IMG/VR virus record: IMGVR_UViG_3300001765_000140
Origin: an uncultured virus (IMG/VR IMGVR_UViG_3300001765_000140)
Lineage: Duplodnaviria; Heunggongvirae; Uroviricota; Caudoviricetes
Direction: 5' to 3' (one strand)
Length of the DNA: 64,000 nt
In this document: in pieces, positions 5,874 to 15,526 of the stretch
How positions within the stretch are numbered: position 1 is the stretch's first letter
Layout: each line of letters opens with the position of its first letter
The notes under the pieces: model-generated
The model's input: only the letters and a program-made list of their open reading frames with translations
What the model was told of the DNA's origin: nothing
The model's database searches: none
Translations under genes and position numbers: made by a program

Positions 5874-6461
5874 ATGGCTATAATTAGTAGGTCTATTCGC
5901 AGGGTTGGAAATATAAGCGGAGATACTGTGTGGGACGACATGCAGGGATCAATTAACAATTTTCAGCTTCCTGCGTCTAATTATCCAACTAATAGGCTGT
6001 ATAATATGGGCGTTGGGGCTGGCGTTACTTATCCTGTGCTTGGATTTGTTGTAGGAGATTACATATATTTTGATGTACAGACTAGTCACAGCATGAAGTT
6101 GAGTACCGTTCTTGATCATCATATCCATTTTATACTTCCTAACACTACTACTATTGGGCATTTATTCAAATTTCAGCTAGACGTAGTGGTAGCGGGTATT
6201 GGCGGAGTATTTACAGTTCCATCCGGAAGTCCATTTGTAAAGGAGCGTGCAGTAATAGCTGGAGACAACACAACTCATAGGCTTCTTGATATTGCCGATA
6301 TACCAGCTCTTAATACGACAGTTAGTACTTTGTATAAAATGAAGTTAACTAGAATCGCTTCTGCTGCTACTCAGTATGCCGGAGAAGTTTACTTGTTATT
6401 TTCGGATTGTCATTACGAGAAAGATACTGTTGGAAGTTTTATTGAATCAGGAAAATCATAA
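5874..6461 (+). CDS. Hypothetical structural protein
   Basis: 195 aa ORF in operon, beta-sandwich-like composition. Confidence 0.55.
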   Translation: MAIISRSIRRVGNISGDTVWDDMQGSINNFQLPASNYPTNRLYNMGVGAGVTYPVLGFVVGDYIYFDVQTSHSMKLSTVLDHHIHFILPNTTTIGHLFKFQLDVVVAGIGGVFTVPSGSPFVKERAVIAGDNTTHRLLDIADIPALNTTVSTLYKMKLTRIASAATQYAGEVYLLFSDCHYEKDTVGSFIESGKS

Positions 6462-6463
6462 TT

Positions 6464-8398
6464 ATGGCAGATAGTTTACAATCAATTGATAAGCGTTGTA
6501 CTTTCAGGGAAACATTTGAGAGTGAACATTCGGTATTAAGAAACGGAGCTACATTAGCTGGCGCTGCAGCGGGTGTTTCGATAAAGAACGGAACAGGTAC
6601 ATTCTTATATGCTAATAATGCATATGGCATATTGAATGTTAATATCAATTCATTAAGCTCGATTAGAATTAAGTTTAAGATTTTAAATAATGCCAATTTA
6701 GCCCAGAACAGGTGTCTGTTAGACATGAGGGATAAATCTAACTTATCAGCCTTTGTTTATGTCAATGGTACTACTAACGCATTGCGTTATGATTACGGGA
6801 CGGGATATATAAATGGAGTTACTTATGCATCTACTGCATTTGTAATACAATACGGTGTAGAATATGATTTGGTATTATCCGGATGTGTGTCTAGGTCTCT
6901 AAAAGCGTGGCTGAATAGAGTGGTAGTTTCTATGTCGAATGGTTCTGATATTGAGGTTAGTTTATTTGAAGTTTATTCCGGAACTCTAGTTGCAGATGAG
7001 GTTAAAAACTTATATGAGAATAAGAGATACAGGGAAATTAGTAGTCATAATGAGCAGTTAGGTGCTGAATTAGTTAATCAGAGTGCCTGGTATACTGCTG
7101 CATATTGGGATGCAGGAACTGCAGTTAACTGGACTCAGGCAGGAACTGCATTATCATCTAACGGAACTAATGGAACAAATAAAAGAAATGGTATATTTAC
7201 AATAGGTAAAAAATACAAGATAACATACTCATCTATAACTACATCAGGTAATTGTTATATTAGTGATGGAGCTACACTTTATAAAAATATAGGGACTACT
7301 ACTACAGAAACTGTTTATGGCTATGCTGCAGGAACTCAGTTATGGCTTCAGTCACTTTCATTTAATGGCACTATAACAGCACTCTCAATTAAAGAGGTAT
7401 TAGTCAGTTATGTTAAGCCGATTCTAGATGTATGTGCTTGTAATGGTGTTATTAATAATAAATACTCAGGAGATACTTACGTAGAAACGCTTTCGTATGG
7501 TGATTTTGAGAATGGCGCAGATATTTATTCAGCAGATACTGGCGTAACTGTTGCAAGGGTAACAGGACAATCTATATTTGGAAACTATTGTCTTTCTGCA
7601 AAAAATTCAAATGCATTATATGGTTTTTATCGTGCAGTAAAAGCCGCAGGAACAGTCTATAGATTACGTTTTTATCACAAGAATCCAAATACAACATTTC
7701 AAGTAAGAACAAGTACTACCATATTAAAGACAATTCCGGCTACATCTAATTGGGTATTTGAAGATTTTACGTTTACATCTCTTGCAGCGAATATTTCTTT
7801 TTGGATTACATCAGTTGGGGAGTATGTATATATTGACGATATTTCTATCAAGGAAGTAATATTGCCAGTGGTAAATACGTCTGTTGAGGTAGTTAGTGAA
7901 AATGATTTATCTGTTATGAAATTCAATGGCAGTACATCTAAGATAGACTGCGGTAGTTATGATTCATTGATTGGGGATAAGACATTTGTATTTTGGGCGC
8001 AATATAGGGGTTGGTCTAGTGCCGGAGAAGGTAGAATAATTGATAATGGTAAGTTTTTAATTCGACCTCTTCCTAATTATTACAGAACTTTATCTGACGG
8101 AACGACTGCTGCAAACTCAAATCAAATCATATCGCTATATAAGTGGCAGTTAACTACGATAACTAGGTCAGCTGCGGGATTGGTAAACTTTTATGCAAAC
8201 GGTGCTATTGTAGGTAGTACTAACTTATCGTCTGGAACTCCGACTGTAGGTACTACTAACCTTATTATAGGCAATAGAGACGCTAACGATAGAGGATTTA
8301 AGGGACTCATGTCTTCAGTACGCATATACGACGGTATTCTCACTCCGGCGGAAATAGCACAAATTTATTCAAACGAAAAATCTAAATACGGATTATAA
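6464..8398 (+). CDS. LamG/concanavalin A-like lectin domain fibre protein
   Basis: FNGSTSKIDCG...WQLTTITR...FYANG...IIGNR...FKGLMSSVRIYDGILTPAEIAQIY LamG pattern; carbohydrate-binding-module-like middle. Confidence 0.75.
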   Translation: MADSLQSIDKRCTFRETFESEHSVLRNGATLAGAAAGVSIKNGTGTFLYANNAYGILNVNINSLSSIRIKFKILNNANLAQNRCLLDMRDKSNLSAFVYVNGTTNALRYDYGTGYINGVTYASTAFVIQYGVEYDLVLSGCVSRSLKAWLNRVVVSMSNGSDIEVSLFEVYSGTLVADEVKNLYENKRYREISSHNEQLGAELVNQSAWYTAAYWDAGTAVNWTQAGTALSSNGTNGTNKRNGIFTIGKKYKITYSSITTSGNCYISDGATLYKNIGTTTTETVYGYAAGTQLWLQSLSFNGTITALSIKEVLVSYVKPILDVCACNGVINNKYSGDTYVETLSYGDFENGADIYSADTGVTVARVTGQSIFGNYCLSAKNSNALYGFYRAVKAAGTVYRLRFYHKNPNTTFQVRTSTTILKTIPATSNWVFEDFTFTSLAANISFWITSVGEYVYIDDISIKEVILPVVNTSVEVVSENDLSVMKFNGSTSKIDCGSYDSLIGDKTFVFWAQYRGWSSAGEGRIIDNGKFLIRPLPNYYRTLSDGTTAANSNQIISLYKWQLTTITRSAAGLVNFYANGAIVGSTNLSSGTPTVGTTNLIIGNRDANDRGFKGLMSSVRIYDGILTPAEIAQIYSNEKSKYGL

Positions 8399-10125
8399 TG
8401 GCAAAGATATTTCATGTTGATTTTAGAAAAGGAAGCGGAACTGATATGATAAGCAATATTCAGCCTACATTTACTAGTGCTGAGATATTAAGAACATGCA
8501 GGGGTAGTGCTGCTAATTTTAATGGGGTAAACTCTAGGGTGACATTTCCAACAGGAACTGTTGGGGATATTGGCACTGGTGACTTCTCTGTTACTCTGCA
8601 GTTTAGGATTAAGAAAACAACAGTTCTTACTAACACTCTATTTTCTAAATATATTGGTTCTTCTGATTTTTACCAATTTGGTATTGATGGTAATGGAAAG
8701 TTAAGTTTTTATATAAAAGTAGCCAATGCTACAGTTGCCTTAGCGTCCACCACTGAAGTATTTTCTCCCAATATCGACTATTGCGTAACCATCGTGGTAA
8801 GGAGGGGTGTGGGTGTTTATTTCTACAGTAAAGGAGTATTGATTCCTAGCAGTGTATCAGTGCCAACATCGGCAAATATAGTATTTAATGCGGGAGTTAC
8901 AATAGGATCGTACAGTGCTTTATATTATCCGTCTTATGTATATAAGATAGCTATTGATAACAAAGCTTTGGAATTAAAGGATATACAGTATTACTATAAA
9001 GAATTTCTAGCTTGCAGTATTAGATCAAAAGAAAAGTATCCTAATGTGATTAGTAAGCCTATTGATCTGAGCAGGAAAAGAAATAGCATTATAAGCCAGG
9101 ATTTATTTGGTGACGTAGATTTTTCTACAGGATGGAGTGGAACTGCTACTATAGTAAATAAGAACACCTTCAATACAGACACCGGAACTTATATTAGAAA
9201 AAATTCCCCTTCATTTATAGTAGGAAGAAGATATATATATGAAATAGGTTTCACGGTAACTAATGCAAAGGACTTTAGAATATATGATTATGATATAGCA
9301 AATATACAGGGATTAAATACGAGTGGAAATGGGTCGCTTAGAGAAATCTCGCAAGAACTTACATGTACTACTGTAAGCGGAGTAGGTATTGCTTTATGGT
9401 CTACAACCATTGGTTCTACGGTAACTATTCATTATCTCAGAATTAGGGAGATAACTGGTTTAATTACCGCATATAACATGATCCCTAATGGTGGCGTGCT
9501 TACTGATATTAGTGGAAATAATAACAATGGTTCTGTTGTGGGGTGTGGTTCAAATAAAAATGGACTTGTATTGGATGGTATTTCTGATTATATAAACGCT
9601 TCACTGTCTTTAGGTACTAAATATACGGTTCAGTGTGTATTTAAAGTTGGCAGTAGTGGACTTAGATATTTATTTGGAGCAAATTCTTCTTCTACTCAAT
9701 ATTTCTTTTTCAATGGTGGATTAACTATTAATCATAGATTAACCTCAGGAGGAACTGCCACCGTTTCAGCTCCTTACGTTATTAATGAAAAAATAACTCT
9801 TACGATAAGTAGGGATGGTACGGCTACTGAATATATTTATGTTAATGGGGGAAAATACACAATGACACTTGCATCCAATGAGGCATGGATTATGGGCAAG
9901 ATTGGCACTAGAATAATTGGGAATAATGATTTTGACGGAGAGATATATGACTTCAGGGCATACAACTATGCTGTCACTGACCTGCAGGCTAAGCAGTATC
10001 ATAATTCATTCATTAATCCATCGTTAGTGGTAGATTTCTCTGATGAGGGAGCTGATGGTATTTCTAAAGTGCCTAGTGGCTTAGTTAAGCAAAGTGGTGC
10101 TTTTAAAGGAATTTATTGCTGTTAA
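8398..10125 (+). CDS. LamG-domain fibre protein (two lectin domains)
   Basis: ANFNGVNSRVTF...; DISGNNNNG...LDGISDYI...FDGEIYDFRAYNYAVT. Confidence 0.75.
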   Translation: MAKIFHVDFRKGSGTDMISNIQPTFTSAEILRTCRGSAANFNGVNSRVTFPTGTVGDIGTGDFSVTLQFRIKKTTVLTNTLFSKYIGSSDFYQFGIDGNGKLSFYIKVANATVALASTTEVFSPNIDYCVTIVVRRGVGVYFYSKGVLIPSSVSVPTSANIVFNAGVTIGSYSALYYPSYVYKIAIDNKALELKDIQYYYKEFLACSIRSKEKYPNVISKPIDLSRKRNSIISQDLFGDVDFSTGWSGTATIVNKNTFNTDTGTYIRKNSPSFIVGRRYIYEIGFTVTNAKDFRIYDYDIANIQGLNTSGNGSLREISQELTCTTVSGVGIALWSTTIGSTVTIHYLRIREITGLITAYNMIPNGGVLTDISGNNNNGSVVGCGSNKNGLVLDGISDYINASLSLGTKYTVQCVFKVGSSGLRYLFGANSSSTQYFFFNGGLTINHRLTSGGTATVSAPYVINEKITLTISRDGTATEYIYVNGGKYTMTLASNEAWIMGKIGTRIIGNNDFDGEIYDFRAYNYAVTDLQAKQYHNSFINPSLVVDFSDEGADGISKVPSGLVKQSGAFKGIYCC

Positions 10126-10999
10126 AAATGAAATATTTGCGGGAGTACCTACTGTTGCAACTAACGGATGGTCTGTAGTAGGGCAGCAATCTATATATAC
10201 TAGCAATGCAACAACATCACTTCTTGGAAAGGCAGTAGCTATTACTACTGGTAAGCGATATAAAATTTCTTTTAATGTTATTGCTAATCCAGGTGGTGCG
10301 CAAATACGAGTAAGTGATGCCGTGACATCTTATGTTGCCGACACAGCATACGCACCAGGCACATGGACTTTTGAATTTACATCAATAAATGCAACGACAG
10401 CTATATATTTGAGAGTTCCTGCAAATAATCCTAGTGGACTTATTGTGAGCGATCTAAAACTTCAAGAAATTGCACCGCTACCAACACTTACTAATGGTAC
10501 TAAATATTTAGAGTGTGTTACGTCTGGAATTATTTTAGTACCTAGCAAGCAGGCATATGGTAGTTGGGAGTTCGATTGGTATAAAGCACTTGACGCTAAT
10601 TCATTCTCTATAGCATTAAATGCTAACAAACAAACTAATGTAAATGCGAATATAGTATTGATCGGAACAAACGAAGCTATTTATTTTGATAGATATTCTA
10701 ATGGTGCATATGCTGCTAGAAATATAGCTACTGCGATACCATATATATTAATCAATACGTGGTATCGTATTAAAATTACTCGCTCCATAGCAGGTGTATT
10801 CACGTTATTAATAAAAGGTGGTGGATTTTCTCCTACTGCCGGATATGATGGATGGACGCTAGTTTCTGTAGCAGGTGGTTCGGGTACTAATCCTGTTACA
10901 GACAATACATACACTACATCAGAGTATTTTGTACTGGATATTGACGCAGGAGATCGTATAGCAAATATTAAGTTAACTGACGGAATTAAACAGATATAA
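10094..10999 (+). CDS. Beta-rich fibre protein, possibly frameshifted continuation of the upstream ORF
   Basis: 301 aa ORF overlapping upstream ORF in +1 frame with weak GTG start. Confidence 0.55.
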   Translation: MVLLKEFIAVKNEIFAGVPTVATNGWSVVGQQSIYTSNATTSLLGKAVAITTGKRYKISFNVIANPGGAQIRVSDAVTSYVADTAYAPGTWTFEFTSINATTAIYLRVPANNPSGLIVSDLKLQEIAPLPTLTNGTKYLECVTSGIILVPSKQAYGSWEFDWYKALDANSFSIALNANKQTNVNANIVLIGTNEAIYFDRYSNGAYAARNIATAIPYILINTWYRIKITRSIAGVFTLLIKGGGFSPTAGYDGWTLVSVAGGSGTNPVTDNTYTTSEYFVLDIDAGDRIANIKLTDGIKQI

Positions 11000-11000
11000 T

Positions 11001-11183
11001 ATGAGCAAGTTTAAATTTGATATCGCAATTACACTTACTGCCTCTAAAACAATGTCATTCATGATATTGATCATGGGAGCATGGTTAGGTGCAACTACAT
11101 TTATGTTTGCAGTACCATTCGCATCGGCATTGGTTCTTGGTAAGCAGTATTTTGATAAAAATAAAGAGTTTCCGCAACAATAA
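11001..11183 (+). CDS. Small membrane protein (holin-like)
   Basis: 60 aa, two hydrophobic segments, charged C-terminus. Confidence 0.5.
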   Translation: MSKFKFDIAITLTASKTMSFMILIMGAWLGATTFMFAVPFASALVLGKQYFDKNKEFPQQ

Positions 11184-11215
11184 CTCCGGATTCAATTAAC
11201 AAACTAGCGAGGAAA

Positions 11216-11247
11216 TTTGGTTTTCTCGCTTTTTTTACTTATATTTG
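11216..11247 (+). promoter_or_regulatory. Bacteroidota-type promoter overlapping terminator hairpin (11206-11236)
   Basis: TTTG ... TATATTTG; AGCGAGGAAA/TTTTCTCGCT-TTTTTT. Confidence 0.65.
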
Positions 11248-11272
11248 TACAAATTAAATTAAATTTATTACC

Positions 11273-11965
11273 ATGGAAGAAGTACAATCTAAGCCTAAAA
11301 CTACATTTGTGCCCGATCAAACCTTGATCGCAAGAGCATTAGAGGGTAAGAAAAACAAAAAACCCACCCGAAAACTCATCTTCCTTACCGGATTTAAAAA
11401 CACCGGAAAGAATGAGTTTGCAGACATCCTTAAAAAAATTAGCACTGAGCCTGTTGTGCAGATAGCATTTGCCGACGCCTTAAAAGATGAATTCTATCCA
11501 TCAATAGGAATGACGGAAGTCAGCCATGTCAACGAAACTAGGGAGCTGAAGGAAAGTGTTCGCTCTAAGATAATTGAGTACGGAGAGTCTCAGAAGCAGA
11601 CTAATGGAATGTATCATTGGGTATCTAAAGCTCTCGACTCACTCCTTACCGCTAAGTATGAAAAAGAATCTCAGACTCCTCATATCATAATAACCGACTG
11701 CCGGAGAGTTGAGGAAATGATGTGGTTTAAGCATTTCAAACTTGGGCACTTCATAGAACTATCTGCTGCAAGGAATATCTACGAGCCTATTATGTTTGTA
11801 ATTCACAGGGAGGGAGCTAATCTAGAAGACAAAGATTATCTCACACATATTGCCCTAGAATATGCAGCAGAGACTAGAACATTTAACAAAATGATTCGTA
11901 ACTACGGTAGTCTAAGTGAGTTGGAAAATAAAATAAAAGACATATATGCAATAGACATAAGATAG
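11273..11965 (+). CDS. Deoxynucleoside monophosphate kinase-like P-loop protein
   Basis: LTGFKNTGKN Walker A, FADALK, IIITDCRRVEE motifs. Confidence 0.75.
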   Translation: MEEVQSKPKTTFVPDQTLIARALEGKKNKKPTRKLIFLTGFKNTGKNEFADILKKISTEPVVQIAFADALKDEFYPSIGMTEVSHVNETRELKESVRSKIIEYGESQKQTNGMYHWVSKALDSLLTAKYEKESQTPHIIITDCRRVEEMMWFKHFKLGHFIELSAARNIYEPIMFVIHREGANLEDKDYLTHIALEYAAETRTFNKMIRNYGSLSELENKIKDIYAIDIR

Positions 11966-11982
11966 CATTTAACAAATAATAG

Positions 11983-12489
11983 GTGAAAGACATATATGTT
12001 AATACAACGACAAGGGATCATAAGTCTAATGAACTATCTATTCAGACAGGATTTGTACAGATGTACAACAATATCTATGCTGTAGCGTTCAATCTTAAAT
12101 ACCAATGTTCGTTGTATTTGCTTATATGGATCGTCGATGAAATGTCTGACTACAATCAGATAATACTCAATAAGGGAAATAGGTCTGAGTTTAGAAGTAG
12201 AATTAGATCGTTCAATAGAGAGTATACTGACGGGATGGTGAAGGCTGCAATCGGGGATTTAATTAATTCAGAGCTGCTTATATCGGCTAGCATGGATGGA
12301 AAAAGAGAAGCAAGTTATTTAGTAAGTCCAAAATACTTTTGGAAAACAAAAAGCCAAAAGGATAGAATAGAAACAATTCAAGCATTTCAAAACCAATTAA
12401 ATACAAAGATAAATGAAAGAGATATTATTCGATCAGGAAGCGAGACAGAAGATGCTAACCGGAGTGGAGAAGCTGAACAAAGCAGTTAG
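11983..12489 (+). CDS. RepL-like winged-helix protein
   Basis: N-terminal FVQMY, HTH-like middle, YLVSPKYFWK wing motif; position upstream of head genes as in crAss-like phages. Confidence 0.55.
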   Translation: MKDIYVNTTTRDHKSNELSIQTGFVQMYNNIYAVAFNLKYQCSLYLLIWIVDEMSDYNQIILNKGNRSEFRSRIRSFNREYTDGMVKAAIGDLINSELLISASMDGKREASYLVSPKYFWKTKSQKDRIETIQAFQNQLNTKINERDIIRSGSETEDANRSGEAEQSS

Positions 12490-14017
12490 TTCTACCCTGG
12501 GTGCTAAAGGTCGTCACGTTATTATTCAGCAAGGCAATAGCTATGCTGTAACAAAGGATGGTGTGACTGTTGCTCACAATTTTGAATTAAGTGATCCTGT
12601 TGAAAATGCTGCAGCAGCTATTGTAAAAGACGCGGCTTCTAGAACAGCGCGTGACGCGGGCGACGGAACTACAACCTCAACAGTAATTGCTCATAGCGCT
12701 ATTTCTCAGGCAATGAGACTCATATCCTCAGGAGCAAATCCTATGGACTTGAAGCGTGGCATGGATAAGGCGGTAATCGACTTCGTAAAGATAATCGACA
12801 GCCAAGCTATTCCTATTGAAACAGAGGATGATATATTTCACATTGCCACTATATCAGCTAATAACGATCCGAATATCGGACGTATGCTATCTGAGATATT
12901 TGCCAAGGTTGGAAAGAGTGGAGCAGTCAGGCTTGAAGAAACCGGAATGAATGAAACCGTTTCTGAAATCATTGAAGGATGTCAGATATCCGGCGGAATG
13001 ATGAGTCCTAACTTTATAACTAATCAGACCAAAAGGGTTGCTGACTATGTTGATCCTGTTATCTTTCTTACAGACAAGAAATTCGAAAACTCATTCAGCG
13101 AGATAATTCCGGTGCTTAAAATTGCACAGGAGTTTAAGAGACCTCTTGTAATTATCTGTGGGGGAATGGAAGGCGAGACGCTAGGAACTCTAGTAATCAA
13201 TAAGGTTCAGAAGCAGTTTCATGTTGTAGCGATAACAGCTCCTGACTTTGGGGAGAATAGAATGGAGATTCTTGATGACTTAGCAGCCATGACCGGAGCT
13301 ACTGTGATATCAGAGGCTCGTGGACTTCATATCGATCAGATGACAGCAGATCAGTTCGGCAGGGCAGATAGAGTTATTTGTTCCGATAAGCTGACGACTA
13401 TCATTGGCAGGTCAGGTTCTCAGGATAATATAGACGCCCGCGTGAATACCATCAAGCAGCAGCAAGAGGACGACACTCAGGGTAATCAGGCATGGAGATT
13501 GTCAAAGCGTATCGCGTCTCTTACAAGCGGCATTGGAGTAATCTATGTTGGCGGAAACTCTGATACTGAAATGAAGGAATCATATTATCGCCTTGAAGAT
13601 GCTTTAGCTGCTACAAGGGCTGCTTTGGATGAAGGATATCTTGCCGGAGGAGGGATTGCATATAAAAACGCATCAGTGCTCTTAAATCGATCTAAACAGG
13701 CTTCTGGAAGGAATGATGAAAAGGATGGATATGGTATAGTTTTAAAAGCCCTTATTTCTCCATTAAATACCATCGTTGAAAACTGCGGCATGAATGGAGA
13801 GGTAGTTCTGAGTAAGATATCTGATATCGAAGATATTCGTGTTGAAGGCGAGGGAGACATTGGTTATAATGCATTGAGCGGAGAATATACCAATATGATT
13901 AATGCCGGAATAATTGATCCGGTTAAGGTTATTAAATCGGCAGTTAAAAATGCAATCTCTGTAGCCGGAATGATAATCACGACAAACTGTACGATTGTAA
14001 ACGAAGTTAAAAAATAA
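12413..14017 (+). CDS. groL: Chaperonin GroEL (Cpn60)
   Basis: TLGAKGRHV, VTKDGVTVA, AGDGTTT, ATISANND, LEDALAAT, GIIDPVKV motifs; 534 aa, no GGM tail. Confidence 0.97.
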   Translation: MKEILFDQEARQKMLTGVEKLNKAVSSTLGAKGRHVIIQQGNSYAVTKDGVTVAHNFELSDPVENAAAAIVKDAASRTARDAGDGTTTSTVIAHSAISQAMRLISSGANPMDLKRGMDKAVIDFVKIIDSQAIPIETEDDIFHIATISANNDPNIGRMLSEIFAKVGKSGAVRLEETGMNETVSEIIEGCQISGGMMSPNFITNQTKRVADYVDPVIFLTDKKFENSFSEIIPVLKIAQEFKRPLVIICGGMEGETLGTLVINKVQKQFHVVAITAPDFGENRMEILDDLAAMTGATVISEARGLHIDQMTADQFGRADRVICSDKLTTIIGRSGSQDNIDARVNTIKQQQEDDTQGNQAWRLSKRIASLTSGIGVIYVGGNSDTEMKESYYRLEDALAATRAALDEGYLAGGGIAYKNASVLLNRSKQASGRNDEKDGYGIVLKALISPLNTIVENCGMNGEVVLSKISDIEDIRVEGEGDIGYNALSGEYTNMINAGIIDPVKVIKSAVKNAISVAGMIITTNCTIVNEVKK

Positions 14018-14021
14018 TATT

Positions 14022-14297
14022 ATGTCAGAAGCAAAAGGAATTATTAGGAAAATCTCTGTAGGTGATATCAAAGAGGGTATCACTTACAAGGTTGGGCAGG
14101 AAATGATGGGCGGTAGAATTATTATCGAGTCCATTGTTAAAGACATGGAAACTCTCTCAGATTTCGGTGTAAATAAATATGATGTATTTGTAAGTAAGTC
14201 TATTACTCCGGATATTGTCAGGTTATGGAAATCATTTGAAGATATGCCATGTAGTGTTGAATACGATATAGAAGAAGAACGTGATACCACAGAATAA
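14022..14297 (+). CDS. Conserved hypothetical phage protein
   Basis: 91 aa between groL and the groS-like gene. Confidence 0.7.
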   Translation: MSEAKGIIRKISVGDIKEGITYKVGQEMMGGRIIIESIVKDMETLSDFGVNKYDVFVSKSITPDIVRLWKSFEDMPCSVEYDIEEERDTTE

Positions 14298-14877
14298 GAG
14301 AGTTATATTATTTCAGGAGAAGAAGCTCAACGACACCATTAAAGTTGGTGACGCTGACTTCATCCTGGATAATGTGTTCCGTTCATTATGGAATACGATT
14401 CAGAAGGCAGTGGTATATGAGACTGCCGAAGGAACTGATCTGAAAGCTGGCGACGGTGTTATTGTTCATCACTTCATCAGCGAGAAAGAGAGCCAACTTC
14501 CGTTTAAAAACAAGAAGTTATGTTGGCTAGAATACAATCAAATTTATGCTAGAATAAGAAACGGGGAAATGAAGATGCTTAATAACTTTCTATTTGTCAA
14601 GCCTATAAAGTTTGATAATACGAGATTCTTTAATAATGATTCCGGATTTATTATGACCGGAAAATCTAAGGATGAATTTGTGGAGCGCATGGGCATTGCT
14701 CATAGCCTCAGCGATTCATGTAAGGAAGCAGGTCTTAAAGAGGGAGACGTTATTCTTTTCGGGAAAAACTGCGAATACCAAATAGATGTGGATGGAGAGA
14801 AATTATACAGAATGGAATTGCGCGATGTGATAACCACTGTAGATGACGATATTCAAATTACAGCTATAAAGGCATGA
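14281..14877 (+). CDS. groS: GroES-like co-chaperonin with apparently duplicated Cpn10 domain
   Basis: C half MKMLNNFLFVKP...SGFI...LKEGDVILFGK...IDVDGEKLYRMELRDVI; N half LKAGDGVIV similar; 198 aa. Confidence 0.75.
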   Translation: MIPQNKRVILFQEKKLNDTIKVGDADFILDNVFRSLWNTIQKAVVYETAEGTDLKAGDGVIVHHFISEKESQLPFKNKKLCWLEYNQIYARIRNGEMKMLNNFLFVKPIKFDNTRFFNNDSGFIMTGKSKDEFVERMGIAHSLSDSCKEAGLKEGDVILFGKNCEYQIDVDGEKLYRMELRDVITTVDDDIQITAIKA

Positions 14878-15491
14878 GTGATTTCGAAAGCAGATACAGC
14901 TATATTCTAGACTATCCGGAATTCAGCATGGAGAAGATTCTCCGGAAGCATGAGTTTTGGGTAGTCTTGGATGCAGCTACCGGAGAGGGTGAAATGAAAG
15001 TTCCTGAATGGATATTTAGGGTAGATACTGCATATCAATATGTTATACATGTGTATGCTCCGGATTCTCCATTCGCGAATTGCAAAGACCTTAAGGTTAG
15101 GAAACAAAAGGCATTGGAGAAATTTGTAGAGGTAGGTCAATGGGACGCTATCCTAGCAAACTCAAATCCAATGATCGGAGATATGGTGACTAGGATATTT
15201 CGCGAGATAAATGATTTTAATTACGAACTTCTCATGTCAACCAAAGAGGCTATAGAGACTCTTATGGAAGTGGTGAGAAAGCCATTGGACAGCAGAATGA
15301 CCGATGAGAAGGAGCGTAATGCCATCAAGAGTAAGCGAGAGTGTTATGATGATTCTAAATACCTTCTTGGAGAGATTCGTAAAATGCAAAAAGAGATAGA
15401 AGAATCAAATGAGGATGTAGCTGAGATACTCAATAAATCCGTATTCAAAGCCGGAATGGCTGAGAAATTAGCACTTAAGGCAAACAAATAG
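14874..15491 (+). CDS. Hypothetical protein upstream of terminase (possible small subunit)
   Basis: 205 aa helical ORF; position only. Confidence 0.5.
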   Translation: MSDFESRYSYILDYPEFSMEKILRKHEFWVVLDAATGEGEMKVPEWIFRVDTAYQYVIHVYAPDSPFANCKDLKVRKQKALEKFVEVGQWDAILANSNPMIGDMVTRIFREINDFNYELLMSTKEAIETLMEVVRKPLDSRMTDEKERNAIKSKRECYDDSKYLLGEIRKMQKEIEESNEDVAEILNKSVFKAGMAEKLALKANK

Positions 15492-15523
15492 TTTGTTATT
15501 GTCAATTTTTTTTTGTATCTTTG
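15492..15523 (+). promoter_or_regulatory. Bacteroidota-type promoter immediately before terminase
   Basis: TTTG ... TATCTTTG, ATG 3 nt downstream. Confidence 0.65.
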
Positions 15524-15526
15524 CGT

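Noticed and set aside
12413..14017. GroEL as host chromosomal contamination
   Set aside because: It is divergent, overlaps a phage gene, and shares operon structure and the CCGGA signature with the flanking phage genes.
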